Shown here one piece after another: positions 24,195 to 38,700 of a stretch of DNA of 64,000 bases. How positions within the stretch are numbered: the stretch's first letter is position 1; each line of letters opens with the position of its first letter. The DNA lies in contig CM119264.1 of assembly GCA_051294375.1 (NCBI GenBank), forward strand, positions 27,447,469-27,511,468, given 5' to 3'. Source of the stretch: Paraspadella gotoi (Eukaryota; Animalia; Chaetognatha). The notes under the pieces are model-generated. The model was not told where the DNA came from. It searched no databases and saw only the letters and a list, made by a program, of their open reading frames with translations. Position numbers and translations under genes: made by a program.

Positions 24195-24429
24195 TTAAAC
24201 AGATTTCTTCTCCCGCAGCGAAAGACGACATTTTAAGACGAACGACCTTTTGAGTTTTTCTGGTTTTCCTTCAGATGGTCGGGGCCTCGATGGCTTCATT
24301 GCAGAAACCGATTCACGGCGCGGGGCTCCGTTGTGGAATATCCGAGATCGATACTCGGATAGCGGAGCTGCGTGGCATTTGCTCGTACGGATTAACATTT
24401 GCGATCCTGGTCGGGATAAAGATGGTTCA
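24195..24429 (-). other. Possible coding exon, unidentified
   Basis: TTCTACAG acceptor ending at 24430, then an open frame EPSLSRPGSQMLIRTSK...; no domain recognised. Confidence 0.25.
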
Positions 24430-24741
24430 CTGTAGAATTGGGTTAAGTTGTTTCGTTTTTAATTGTGTCAAGGAATCATTGGATGAAGTCAATGTGCGTT
24501 GTGAATGAGATGTGAGAGATGAGATAACAAAATCGGTTCATCCAATGCGTTGCGCCGCAGTGACTTTATTTTCACGTGTATGACGCTAGTACGCGCGGCA
24601 GAACTAAAAACAACAATCTAGTAACAGGAACAATAATTATATCATTAACCTCTTACGTGGAATTGAATGAAAGTAAAGACTAAAGTAAAGAGAAATGAGC
24701 AATTGATATTGAATTCTTCTTCTTTTTTTACGTCGTCGTTT

Positions 24742-24775
<34 letters not shown>

Positions 24776-24777
24776 TT

Positions 24778-24811
<34 letters not shown>

Positions 24812-25170
24812 ATCAACATTCATCGCGACGTTTTGCCGATTTCTCTCTCGTTCACTCTCGCTCAATCCCGGTTCCCCCGGCCTCTCTCTCTCTCTCTCTC
24901 TCTCTCTCTCNNNNNNNNNNNNNNNNNNNNNNNNNNNNNNNNNNNNNNNNNNNNNNNNNNNNNNNNNNNNNNNNNNNNNNNNNNNNNNNNNNNNNNNNNN
25001 NNNNNNNNNNNNNNNNNNNNNNNNNNNNNNNNNNNNNNNNNNNNNNNNNNNNNNNNNNNNNNNNNNNNNNNNNNNNNNNNNNNNNNNNNNNNNNNNNNNN
25101 NNNNNNNNNNNNNNNNNNNNNNNNNNNNNNNNNNNNNNNNNNNNNNNNNNNNNNNNNNNNNNNNNNNNNN

Positions 25171-25206
<36 letters not shown>

Positions 25207-25546
25207 TTGGGAGGAAAATGAGGTAAGATAAAAGGAAAATAGAAAAAAAATAAAGCGAATCGAGTAAAACGAAAGGAAAATGACAAAGATTAAGAAAAAG
25301 CGATTTGGAAAAAGAAAAGAAATTGATAGAAAGGGAGGAAGGGAGGAAAAACGAGTAAAAAAGAAAGGAAGGGAGGAAGGAGATAGAAGAAAGAAAGGGA
25401 GGAAGGAGGAAAGAGGGAAAAAGGGAAGGAGGAAAGAGGGAGAAAGGGAGAAAGAAGATAGAGGAAAAGGGGGAGGAAGGGAGGAAAGAACCTGGAGGAA
25501 AGGAGAGAAAATCATGGGCTCGTGTCACTAGCCGAGTGAGAGGAAA

Positions 25547-25617
<71 letters not shown>

Positions 25618-26914
25618 TCTGGCGCGTTTCACTCGTCCTCTTTGCTCGGGACTCGTGGCGTCGCCTCGCGACTCGGAGGCGTGAAAAGCGAAAAAAAGAG
25701 CAAATGCTCTTTTTCTTCTTCTTCCTCTCCCTCCTCTTCCCCCTCTTCCTCTTCCTCCTCCTCCTCCTGCTCCTCTTCCTCACTGGCGGGGAAGAGAGTT
25801 TTCTGCTTTCGAAAAAATCTCGCCTAGAGAGAGTAAGAAAAAAAATGGGGGGAAAATTAATCAAAAAAATAAAAAAAAAGAAAAAAAAAAGGAATAAAGA
25901 TGAAATTAAAAAGGAGTACCTCACGCGCTCATGAAAATAGTATCACCAAAAAATAAAAATCTCACGTCACAAGAATTGGATCTAACTCCTCGTCGCGCCA
26001 TCTCGAGTCCACGACGCGAATTTATTTAAATTGATATTTTTTACATGTTCTATCGAAGAAAAAAAAATATGGTTCGTATTTTATCTCCCGTCGCATCTTT
26101 GCTGGCATCATAATAGCGCCATAGAAATCCCGTGGCACGCAGCAAGGGAAAAGATCCCGTGTGTGTGAGAAAGACATGGAGGAAAAAAACAGGATAATAA
26201 AAATATAAAAAAAAAGAAAAAGAAGGGAGGAAAAAAAAGGAAAATGGGCTGCGAAGACGGGACACAAAACCGGATATTAAGGCATGGTGACATCTGCCCG
26301 GGATGAGGACGGAACAAATTTCTTAAGGAGCCGTCCAAAGGGTGGAAAGGAGAGGGAGAGAAGGGGGAGAGAGAAAGAGAAGGAGGGAGGGAGAGAGAGA
26401 GAGGGAAAGGGAGAGATAGAGGGNNNNNNNNNNNNNNNNNNNNNNNNNNNNNNNNNNNNNNNNNNNNNNNNNNNNNNNNNNNNNNNNNNNNNNNNNNNNN
26501 NNNNNNNNNNNNNNNNNNNNNNNNNNNNNNNNNNNNNNNNNNNNAGAGAGAGAGAAAGAAAGAGAGGGAGGGAGGGAGAGAGAAAGAGAGAGAGACAGAC
26601 TGACAGACAGACTGAGAGAGAGAGAGAGAGAGAGTTCCCTTAAATGATCAGATCAGATTATAGCTCCTTCGTCGAATTTTTTTTCAAATTCAATTTAGAC
26701 TCTTTCTAATGTTTTACGTTTTTGTTTACTTTCACTGATTCTGTTTACAGGACGTCATTAAAATATTATGGCATAGTTTATAAAAAAATAATATTACATC
26801 AATTACCAAAGAAAGAATCCTCTTTCCAAACTATAAACCGCGTTTACAATCAATAAACTAGTTCCAACTGTTTATTTATTTCTAAGCCTTACCCCCCCCT
26901 GCCGGTCATCAAAT

Positions 26915-27321
26915 TCGCCAACCATTAAACCTTTTCAACCAATAAAAATCCTTTTCAACTAATCTAAATATTTTTACAACCAATCACCCTTTACAACCAA
27001 TCACCCTCTCTCCCCAAACAATCACCCGATCCAACCAAGCACCCTCCCTCTCCAATCAATCCCCTTCTCCAACCAATCATCTTCTCTCCTCAACCAATCA
27101 CCCTTGACAAGCAATCACTCCCCAATCAATAACCCTCCCTTCTAAACCAAACGCCCTTCCTCTTCAACCAATCACCCTATCTCCCCAACCAATCACCCTT
27201 CCTCTTCAACCAATCACTCTCCCTCCCCAATCAATCCCTCTCCCTCTCCAACCAATCACCGTCATTCCCTAACCAATCACTCTCCCTCCCCAACCAATCA
27301 CCCTCTCCAAGCAATCTTCCA
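26915..27321. repeat. Degenerate minisatellite built on CAACCAATCACCC, running into an N gap
   Basis: More than 15 recurrences of (A)ACCAATCA-like cores at roughly 16-25 nt spacing. Confidence 0.85.
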
Positions 27322-28231
27322 NNNNNNNNNNNNNNNNNNNNNNNNNNNNNNNNNNNNNNNNNNNNNNNNNNNNNNNNNNNNNNNNNNNNNNNNNNNNNNN
27401 NNNNNNNNNNNNNNNNNNNNNNNNNNNNNNNNNNNNNNNNNNNNNNNNNNNNNNNNNNNNNNNNNNNNNNNNNNNNNNNNNNNNNNNNNNNNNNNNNNNN
27501 NNNNNNNNNNNNNNNNNNNNNNNNNNNNNNNNNNNNNNNNNNNNNNNNNNNNNNNNNNNNNNNNNNNNNNNNNNNNNNNNNNNNNNNNNNNNNNNNNNNN
27601 NNNNNNNNNNNCTTCACATGATTTTAATAGAGTTTAATCATTCATTCGCCTATCATTTAATTAATATCTTTTTTTATTTTAATTTTAATAATTTTTTTTA
27701 TTCTGGATTTTTTTNNNNNNNNNNNNNNNNNNNNNNNNNNNNNNNNNNNNNNNNNNNNNNNNNNNNNNNNNNNNNNNNNNNNNNNNNNNNNNNNNNNNNN
27801 NNNNNNNNNNNNNNNNNNNNNNNNNNNNNNNNNNNNNNNNNNNNNNNNNNNNNNNNNNNNNNNNNNNNNNNNNNNNNNNNNNNNNNNNNNNNNNNNNNNN
27901 NGTTACTGGTTCGCCGAACGGGTCCTAATTTCGTCCCCGTCACTGTTTCGAATTCTGTCATTTTATTGGCACCTTTGGAATCGAAGAAGCTTCATTGGCA
28001 CCTTTTGTAACCTTGCCGCCCGAATTTGCAATGCTGGGAATCTTGTTCACCTTAACCAGCTGAGCTTAGTGTTGCCATCATTATTTTGAGGAGCTTCATA
28101 CATGAACAGACTTTAGTATTGATTTATAGCCAATTTTAGCCATAATATTTAGATCACAATCTTAATAAATTATCAAAACATTAAAACACCCTTCAAATTT
28201 AGTTTTTTAAACTTTGCTCTCATAGTTGATA

Positions 28232-28334
28232 TAATTTAAACCCATAATTGACACTAATTTAAACCCATAATTGTCACTAATTTAAACCCATAATTGTCAC
28301 AAATTTAAACCCATAATTGTCACTAATTTAAACC
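28232..28334. repeat. 23-bp tandem repeat TAATTTAAACCCATAATTGTCAC, about 4.5 copies
   Basis: Directly visible. Confidence 0.9.
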
Positions 28335-28600
28335 CTACCTTTCCGAAAACATTTTTATGATTAGCGTCCGTTATTAATTCGATTAGAAGCATCGCTGTTA
28401 TTTCCATTTTCGCCACCATAATTGTTGGCATTCCTTCCGTCTTCACCGTCTTGACTGATGCTGCGCTGCGATACGCTGCTCTGCTCTGCGCTGCGCTGAA
28501 CTTTCAACCTTCGATCGTCTCCGGTTTTTTGAAAGGCGATGGATTTTGAATTCTTCCTCCTGAGTCTCAATTTAAATTTCATGGGTTTTTCCAGATTTTC

Positions 28601-28654
<54 letters not shown>

Positions 28655-28682
28655 GTGTCTCTCTCTCTTCTCTTCTCTCTCA

Positions 28683-28739
<57 letters not shown>

Positions 28740-30434
28740 CTTCTCTCAAGCAACTACTATGCATTTATGCCTCCGAGTCACAGATCTTAACGCTTCGCTA
28801 AACGCGTTACCGCGTACAAACGTTTGCATTTCGGAAAAAAAAAACTTACTCTTTCCACTATTGTTCAGTTGTTACTTACAATGATGATTAACTTTGTACC
28901 ACAACACAAATTTAGGCCGAACGGAAAGGATTGGTTAGAAACATGCTCCACCCGTTTCTAATGATAAAATAGTGCCATTTTTTGGGCAACTTTTAGCCAA
29001 AAAAATTTCCATGTCCATTTTTGTCATTTTTTACTTACGACTTTCTGATTGTTGAATGCCAAGGAAAAGTGAGAAAAGTTTTTTACTTTGGAAATCCGTT
29101 CTTTCTTATCTTCTTTTACCTCTGGGTAAATTATTTAAGCTGTAAATTCATTTATAGTTATGCCTATGAATGAATTTTAAAGTTAACAAGTCAAAAGTTG
29201 GAGTTTTCAGCTTTATCATAATTTGTAAACAAAAATAAATCAAATGCGTTGAAATTAACAGAAAATATAGCCTAATTGAATAAGCTTTTAACACCTATAA
29301 CAATTATCAAAAAAACTTTTTTGTTTAGCCACAAATAATTTTTAAAGACGTCTTTTAAAATTATGCTGACTTTTTGTGACTTGCCATTTATTTTTTTGAT
29401 AAAGCAGAATATTTACAACTCATTTATTAGTTTTAAAGATGAGGTACATACTAGACCTTGCATTAATTAAAAAAAAACCGCATCCTTTTAACCCATGGGA
29501 AAGCTCAGGACTTTTTTCTTCAGAATCGACAGATTTTTGCGGAAAATTTTTCCGCAAATATCTGCGCATTTACTAAATTTGCTAGGCACCAAAATTGAAA
29601 GAAAAAAATCATTGCGCTTACCCCGTTCATTTTCTTTCTTATAATGAATCAAAAAATTTTTCATTGATTTGATTCAATTCTAAATGAAAGAAAAATTAAG
29701 TGATAAGAAAGAGGGAAAGTGCAGAGAACAAGAAGAGGAGAAGGGGAAGATTTGAGAGAGAATGAGGTGAAAAAAAAAAGAAAAAGAGAAAGGCAAAAGG
29801 GATAAAAGTAGCAGAGATTAAGATAATGGCTGGAAAGGAGGGGGGAAATTAAAGAAAAAGTAAGGGGAAAGAAAGGAAGGAGAGAATAAGAGAAAAAAAA
29901 AGATAAAGGGAAATGGAGGAGAAGCAGGGAAAAGCTAGGTGTGGTTAAAAATTGAAAAGTGAGGTCGTGATATGAAAGGGAAGGAAGGGTTTAGAAAAAA
30001 TGAAAGCTTGCTGAAGAAGAAAGGTAACGAGGAGAAAACAGGAGGATATGGAGAAGGAAAAATGGTAATACAGATATTTGTTGTCTTTTGCTGAATAGTT
30101 TGCTCTAAATAAAAGATACAAAAATTATTTATAGGAATTCGATCTTTTAAATAGTTTTCTGTACCATGAAAATTCATACATACTTTTTTTTAAAAACTAA
30201 GGAAGTTATTGAGATCTTAGATTGATAAGCATCAAGAAATCTTGTCTTTACCGTATTTTAACTCATAGAATTTTATCTGGGACGTACTATGTCATAAGGA
30301 GAGGAAGATAACTATAGCCCTACGTTTTTTTAAATGAAGAAAGATTTCATACTAGTCAATGAAGATCATCAGAGATTGAACGTAAATTAAGTTCAGATTC
30401 CATTGTCGAAAAAGAGTCTGATTGTAGGCGGAAC

Positions 30435-33400
30435 CTAACATCTTCGAACTGTCAACGGCCCAAATTTAAGACGCCACCGCTCGCTGGCTTTAAAACTGTG
30501 GCTCGAGCTTTGGTGGAGCTTTGGTAGCCGGTGCTTGGTTAGCTTGTGCTTAGCGGAAGGTGATTATGAACGGGCCTCGCGATGCGGTAGTTGTTACTTA
30601 GTTAGCCGTGCTTTAGGTTGATCAGAGGTCAATGCTTGGGATGACCCTCATTTGAAGCTCAAAACCGTAAATCGCGTCGATGTTTAGGTGTCTTGCGCGA
30701 TTGGGACGGCCCGTCTTGCTTTTCTTGCTTTGGGATAAGTTTCTAGGTAGTTTTGAATGCTTGCCGAGGGTTGGTGGTCCGATGCTTGGTTTCGCTCTCA
30801 TCGACGCCCAAAATTCGTAAATCGCGTTCTTGGATTACAATCTTATCCGTCTCTGAGCTTCCGGACTGGGGCGCGACCCTCATAACCGGTCTTAGCGGGA
30901 AAAAAGCGAGGATGAGAAGTAAAGGGATGAGCAGAGAGGGATGAGAAGAGCGAGAGAGGAGGGAGAGAGAGAGGCGAGGGAGAGAGGAGGGATGAGAGAG
31001 AGCGAGAGAGAGAGGGAGCGTAGAGAGGGAGACGGGGGAAAGGAAAAAGAAGAAAGGTGGAGGAAGCGGAAGCAAGATTGAAAAGAAAAGGAGAAAAAAA
31101 AGCAAGGTATTAAGGAGAGAAGGTTTAGGTTCTTAACAAGAATTCAGTTTTTCTAGAGAGAGAGAGGAGAGAGAGAGAAGAGAAGATAAGAGAGAGCAGA
31201 GCAGAGAACGAGAGAGATACAGCGAGAGAGAGAGACGAGAGGAGAGAGATAGATGAGATAGATTAGATAGAGATAGAATAGATAGCAAATGAGCTAGATA
31301 GATAGATAGATAGAATATAGACGTAGAAGATATCAAATGGACAAAGGAAAAGTAGAAATGAAAAAGGAAAGGAATAAAAAAAAAAAAAGAAGTGAAAACA
31401 TGATGAAAGAGAAGAAAAAAAACAAACATAAAGAGAACACACACAATTATAGAAATTTGAACGAATTCAAAATTCAGACACTAGATATAAAAAATAAAAA
31501 AAATTTCGTACTCTTAAAATGATATTGAGGATTCAAATAGAAGAGAGAGAGAGAGAGAGACGGGAAGGAAGAGAGAGTGAGGAGAGAAGACGGGAGATGG
31601 GAGAGGAGATGGAAGAGGAGAGAGGAGAGAGAGAGAGAGAGAGAGATCGGAGAACGAGAGCGGGATGTCTTGATTCATCTCCAGCAGATTGCGGCGTTCC
31701 CTTTGTCCCGCCCCCCTCGCCCTCCCCGGCTTTGGATTTGTTAACGCGCTATCATCCGGACGGAGAATCGAAAGAAGGGAAATGGATTAATTTAAATGAG
31801 AGAGAGCAACAGAGACTTTGTTAGAGGGAGAAGAGAGCGAGAGGAGAGAGTGAGAGATAGAAGGAGAGAGACGAAGAGAGCAGAAGAGAGAGAGAGAGAG
31901 AGAGAGGAAAGAGAGTGAGAGAGAGAGAAGAGAAGAGAAGAGAGATGAGAAGAGAGAAGGTCGTCCTCCGTTCTCTATTTTCATGATCTGAATGAAACTG
32001 AGCAAAGAGTAAAACAAACGGCATTTACAACGAAGAGGAGCAATCTATGGCGCTTGGCGTTTCCTAAACGGCATGTCACTCTTTTCGCGATTCTCCAGTG
32101 AGACTCGTTCTTTCCGAGCAAATTCCGTTCTGTAAGTGTAGCTACGACGAAACGACGACGACCGACGACGACGACGATTGCCCGTTGGATTATTTTCGAT
32201 GAGGACTTTAGCTCTCTTTTCAAAAGGCGCCCCATTTTGCTCCCTAATCCCAGAAATTAATTTTAATTTTAAATATTTATAAGACAGTTTAATTATTTAC
32301 AACAACAATTTATTATTAAAAGACAAACATGTTTTTGGTGCCAAAAATGTTTTTGTTGAATATATTACAAAATAATTAAACTGTCTTATAATCTACAAAC
32401 ACATAATTAAATATTAAGCATTATTTATCAGTATAAAAAGGTGAATAACAGACTAAATCCTTAATCTAATCTCTAACACTTAATTTCCTAAATCTAATCC
32501 TTAAACCTTATTTGTCCTTAATTGTAAACCTTAATTAATAACCATTAACCATTAACCTAATTAGTAATCATTAACCCCAATTTTTAACCTAAACGTTCAA
32601 ACATAAAATTAAATATTGATCGTTATTTAGACAAAATGAGACGTTCTGGAAATAAGGCCTAGATTACTTTTTAAATAAAAATATGAACGATAATATTAAA
32701 TTATATTAATATTCGACAAAAACGTCAGCTGAGGATTTCTTTTTAAATAAAAATATTCGAAATCATTAAATATATAATTATCGACAAAATCTCAGCTGAG
32801 GCGAAAAAATGCAAACCTCGCAGGCGGCCTGTTATACACAACACTGCGTACATAAATGATTCGCAAAGAAATATGAATATTAACTTAATATTATTTTAAT
32901 ATTAAATATTTTGTATTTTAGGATAATTATATGAAAAATATATTGACAAAATAAATGTTCATTTTTTTAATTTTATAATATCATATATATGAGTATTTAG
33001 TGAATATAATTTAAGACATTATTTCTATTAAAATTTTAAAAAAATATTAATACTAACTAATATCAAAATTTGTGTAAAAATTATTTAAATTTATTCCATT
33101 TCAAAATTTTAATAAACGCTAAAATTAATCATAATGATGTGCCAAAATTAAACATTCTTTTCCGAATAAGCTTACGAAGAGTGAGAAAAAGAGAAAAAGA
33201 AAAACTAAGAGGCTTCTTCCCTTTTCTCCTCGACTCATTTGTCAGGAATCAACTCACAAAAAGAAAAAAAAAAAAAGAAAAAGCAGAGAGAAAAATGAAT
33301 CGACAAATCTCATTGTTATATAACGGGAAAAGAGGAAAAAAAAATTGAAAGAAAAAGGAGATAAATTTACGGTGGAAAGGTAAAACAATGAAACGACGCG

Positions 33401-33746
33401 AATCAGAAACCCGCGATTGAAAAAGGAAGATGACGATGCTGGAATGGATAACAAAGATAACAAGGAAGTTTAATCCAGAAAATATTGTAAACAAACAAAC
33501 TTTCTCCATCGAAAAATTTGAAAAAAAAACACGACGAAGCCATATTTTTTAATTAAAAAAAAAAAAAAAAAACTCGGAGAAAAAGTTTAATTATTCGCAT
33601 TTCGAAAAATTGAATATCGTTGTGACAAACAAATTTCTTTTGATTGCGAGGAAATTAAAATGATTTCACACTGCACTTACAATAGTTGAGCGTCTTAAAC
33701 TGAAAATTCTCTCCTCTCCTCCTTCTCTCTCTCTCTCTCTCTCTCT

Positions 33747-33799
<53 letters not shown>

Positions 33800-34520
33800 T
33801 CCACATTGAAAATGCTTGATTATCATACATACATCGATAGATATAAATACATTATTTTAATCCAAAAGGAAAACTTGCTTCGCTTTGACTAAGCGATCTT
33901 CTTCTTGATGATGATTGAAGATCTTCACTGGATTTCTTCTCTGAGAAGCCGAACATTTTTCACCATAAGCGAAATCAAGCTCTCACTCTTTCCGAGTTCA
34001 CGAAAGGTCGCAACATTGCGAAGTTAATTAAACCGTACACCGAGGAAACAATTCGCTCGACATCAGACAAATTGTATAGAATAACTTTTACTGGTATAAA
34101 CAAAAAACATTTCAGTCGTATGCCACGAATTATTTCACAATTTTTATTTCAAAACGGCCCGTCGCCAATTAAGGCGAAAGCAATTGAACCACATAAAAGC
34201 CAGTTGGCTGGCCCTGACTGAATTGCTCTCACGACTCACATCAACTAAACGGCGCATTTCAGTCCGCTCACAGCCTTCGAGTCGATTATATCCGAGCAAT
34301 CCAGCGCCATAAACGTGGCACTAGTAGAGCGAAGCGCAACCCTACTTAACGCGGCATCGAGTCGAGACCGCAGCGGCTATAAAGAGTAAGTACGAACAAC
34401 TATCGAAGCCACCGACCTGTTTCCCGCCATTTTCTAAGAGCGCCTCGCGTTGCCAAAGGTGAACGTCGCGCCGCTTCTGGATTTTACGCGACGCCCCCTT
34501 AGGTATGGCGACGTGCGTTG
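30435..34520. repeat. Copy A of a triplicated segment (noisy; ends at an N gap)
   Basis: Colinear with 34546-~38350 and, from ~31270, with 45862-~48880. Differences are mainly 1-2 nt indels. Confidence 0.9.
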
Positions 34521-34545
34521 NNNNNNNNNNNNNNNNNNNNNNNNN

Positions 34546-35512
34546 GCTAACATCTTTCGAACGTCAACGGCCAAATTAAGACGCCACCGCCTCGCTGTAA
34601 AACTGTGCTCGATGCTTGGTTGGAGCTTGGTAGCCGGTGCTTGGTAGCTTGTGCTTAGCGGAAGGTGATTTATGAACGGGCCTCGATGGTAGTTACTTAG
34701 TAGCCGTTGCTTGGTGATCAGAGGTCAATGCTTGGATGACCCTCATTGAAGCTCAAAACCGTAAATCGGTCGATGTTTAGTGTCTGGCGATTGGTGGACG
34801 GCGTCTTGCTTTTTTCTTGCTTTGGGATAAGTTCTAGGTAGTTGAATGCTTGCCGAGGGGTGGTCGATGCTTGGTTCGCTCTCATCGACGCCCAAAATCG
34901 TAAATCGGTCTTGGATTAAATCTTATCCGTCTCTGCTCCGACTGGGCGCGACCTCTAACCGTCTTAGCGGAAAAAGGGAGAGAGAAAGGGAGAGAGAGAG
35001 CAAGAGACGGAGCGAGAGACGGCGGGGGAGAGAGGGGGGGAGAGAGAGGGAGGAGAGAGGAGGAGAGAGGAGCGAAGAGGAACAAAGAACGGGAAAGAAA
35101 GTAGAGGTGGAGAAGCGGAAGAAGTTGAAGAAAAAGGAGAAAAACAAGCAGAGGATTAGGAGAAGGTTTAGGTCTATAAACAACGCCAATTTAGTTTTTT
35201 CTAGAGAGAGAGAGAGAAGAGGGAGAGAGAGAAGAGAGAGAAGAGAGAGATAGATAGAGAAAGAGATGAAAGACATAGATACGTAGATCGATAGATAGAT
35301 AGATATGATTAATATATAGATAACGAAAGGAAAGGAAGTAGAATGAAGATAGAGAGGATAGTAAATAGAAAAGAAGAAACAGAAATAAACAACATAAAGA
35401 GACACCAAATATGAAATTGAACGAATTCAACATAATTCAGAACGACGCCTATAAAAATAAAAAATCCTGTAAACTCTAAATATATTTGAGGGATTCCAAA
35501 TAGGAGAGAGAG

Positions 35513-35579
<67 letters not shown>

Positions 35580-35746
35580 AGAGAACGAGAGCGGGAGTGT
35601 CTTGTACATCTAGCAGTCGGCTGTCCCTTGTCCCGCCCCCTCTCCCGGGCTTCTTGTTTAACGCGCTATCATCGGACAGAATGAAAGAAAGGAAATGGAT
35701 AAGATTAAATGAGAGAAGAGCAACAGAGCTTTGGTTTATAGGCAGG

Positions 35747-35779
<33 letters not shown>

Positions 35780-38700
35780 AGAGAGAGAGCGGGGAGAGGA
35801 GAGAGAGGAGAGAGAGAGAGAAGAAGAGAGAGAGGAGAGAGAGAGAGGGAGGAGAAGAGAGAGGGTCGTCGTCCGTTCTCTATTTCATGAATCTGAATGA
35901 AAGGAGCAAAGAGAAACAACGCATACACGAGAGGTGAGCAATCTATGGCGCTTGGCGTTCTAACGGCGTCACCTCTTTTCGCGATTCTCCAGTGAAGACT
36001 CGTTCTTCCGAGCTAATCCGTTCTGTAAGTGTAGCACGACGACGACGACGCGACGACCGACGACCGCACGAATGCCCGTTGATTATTTTCGAATGAGGAC
36101 TTTAGCTCTCTTTTTCAAAAAGCGCCCTCTTTCTGCTCCTAATCCAGAAATAATTTTAAATTTAATATTATAAGACAGTTTAAATTATTTACAACACAAT
36201 TTAATTATTAAAAGACAAACCCATGTTTTGTGCCAAAATGTTTTGTGAATTATTACAAAATAATTAAACTGTCTTATAATCTACAAAACACATAATTTAA
36301 ATAATTAAGCATTATTTATCAGTATAAAAGGTGATAGACAGACTAAATCCTTAATCTAAATCCTAACACTAATTCTAAAATTCAATCCTTAACCCTTATT
36401 TGTCCTATATTAGTAAACCTTAAATTAATAACATTAACGCATTACTAATTAAGTAAATCATTAACCCCATTTAACCTAAACTTCAAACCATAAAAATTAA
36501 ATATTGTGCGTATTTAGGACAATAAATGAGACGTTCTGGAAAATAAGGCCTAGATTACTTTTTAAAATAAGAAATATTTACGAAAATATTAAAATATATA
36601 ATATCGACAAAACTCAGGCTGAAGATTTCCTTTTAAAATTAAAAATATTTCGAAATATTATATATTAATATGCGACAAAACTCAGCTTGAGGCGAAAAAA
36701 GCGAAAACCTCGCAGGCGCCTGTTATCACAACCACTGGTACATAAATGATCGAAAGAAATATTTGGATTATTAACTAATATATTTTAATATTAATATTTT
36801 TATTTTAGGATAACTTATAGAAAAAAATATATGACAAAATAAATGTCATTTTTTAATTTATAATAATATATATAGAGTATTTAGTGAATATAATTTAAGA
36901 CATATTTCTATAAAATTTAAAAAAATAATTAATCTAATTACAAAATTTGTGAAAAATTTTTAAATTTATTCCATTTCAAAAAATTTAAATGAAACGCTAA
37001 AATTAAATCAATAATGATGGAAATAAACATTCTTTTCGGGATAAGGCTAACGAACAGAGTGAGAATAAGAAAAAAGAACAAACTAAGAGGCCTTCTTCCC
37101 TTTTCTCCTCGACTCATTGTGTTCAGGAATCAACTCACAAAGAATAAAAAAAAACAAGAGAGGAGAAATGGAATCGCAAAATCTCATTGTATAACGAGAA
37201 AAGGGAAAAGAAAATGAGAAAGGGGATAAATTACGGGTGAAGTGAAAAACAATGAACGGACGGAATCAGAAACCCGCCGCTGGAAAAGGAAGAATGACGA
37301 TTGCCCTGAGTGTGGATAACAAGATAACAAAGGAAGTTTAAATCCCAGAAAAATCTTATGTTAAAACAAACCACTTCCTCCATCGAAAAAACTTGAACAA
37401 AAAACGACGAGCCAATTTTTTTCAATTAAGAAAAAAAAAAAAAAACTCGGAGAAAAATTAATATTCGATTTTCGAAATGAAATATCGTTACAAACAAATT
37501 TCTTTTGATTGCGAGAATTAAAATATTTCACACTGACTTAACAATATTGGAGCGTGCTTAACCATGAAATTCCTCTCTCTTTGCTCTTCTCTCTCTCTTC
37601 TCTCTCTCCTCTCTCTCTCTCTTCTCGTTCTCTCTCTCTCCTCCTCGTCCCCAACATGAAAATCTTGATATCATACATACATCATAGATATAATACATTA
37701 TTTAATCCAAAAAAGAAAACCTTTTCGCTTTGACTAAACGATCCTCTTTCTGATGATGAATGAATCTTCACTGGAATTTCTGTCTGCGAGAAGCGACATT
37801 TCACCATAAGCGAAAATCAAAGCTCTCACTCTTTCCGATTCACGAAAGTCGCCAATTGCGAATAATTAAACGTACACCGAGGAAAAGACAATATTTCGCT
37901 CGACCAGATCAGACAAATGTATAGAATAACTTTTACTGGTATAGAAACAAAAAAATCATTCCAAGTCTATGCACCGAATATTTCAACATTTTATTCAATG
38001 ACGTTAACCGTCGCCAATAAGGCGAAAGCAATGACACATAAGATGCAGTGGCTTGGGCCCTGACTGAATGTCTACGACTACAACTCAACTAAACAGGACA
38101 TGATTTCATGCCGCTCAAGCCTCGCGACGATAGTGCCCGAGAATCACGCCATTAACGTGCACTAGTAGAGCGAAAGGCATCCTACTTTCAAGGTGCAATC
38201 GAGTCGGAGACCCCGAGGCTATAAAGAGTAAGTACGAACAACTATCGAAGCACCGACGTCTTTTGGCGCCGCCATTTTTTAAAGAGCGGCCTCGGTTCCA
38301 AGGTGAACGGTCGCAGCCGGCTCTGGAGTTAGCGGACACGCCCGCTACCGTGTTGGCGCTGCTTGGCTGCGTTGGCTCGTTGATGCAACGTTATGCTTGG
38401 CGTTGTGGGTTCGCTATTTCACTTTCACTCACTTCTAGATGTGCAGTTACGACTTTTTTTCTTTGGCCCCCAAGATCGTGCCTCGCTATTCCTCTCCTGA
38501 TTGCCATAGTCGAATTTTTGTCCGTTTCTTGATCTTGGTCTAAGATCTCTGCGTTCTCCTGTCGTCTAAAATTGGCCATCGTATGCGTTTCACTTTAGCC
38601 ACGCAAAACCGTGCATACACTCGCTATTTTGCGTGTGCTGCGCTGCAGTCAAATCCGGCAAGCTCGGTTCCCTTTACGGTTGACGAGATGTTTTTTCTTA

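Noticed and set aside
28232-28334. 23-bp repeats here and at 50796-50863 as CRISPR arrays
   Set aside because: Head-to-tail repeats without unique spacers, eukaryotic context and no cas genes.
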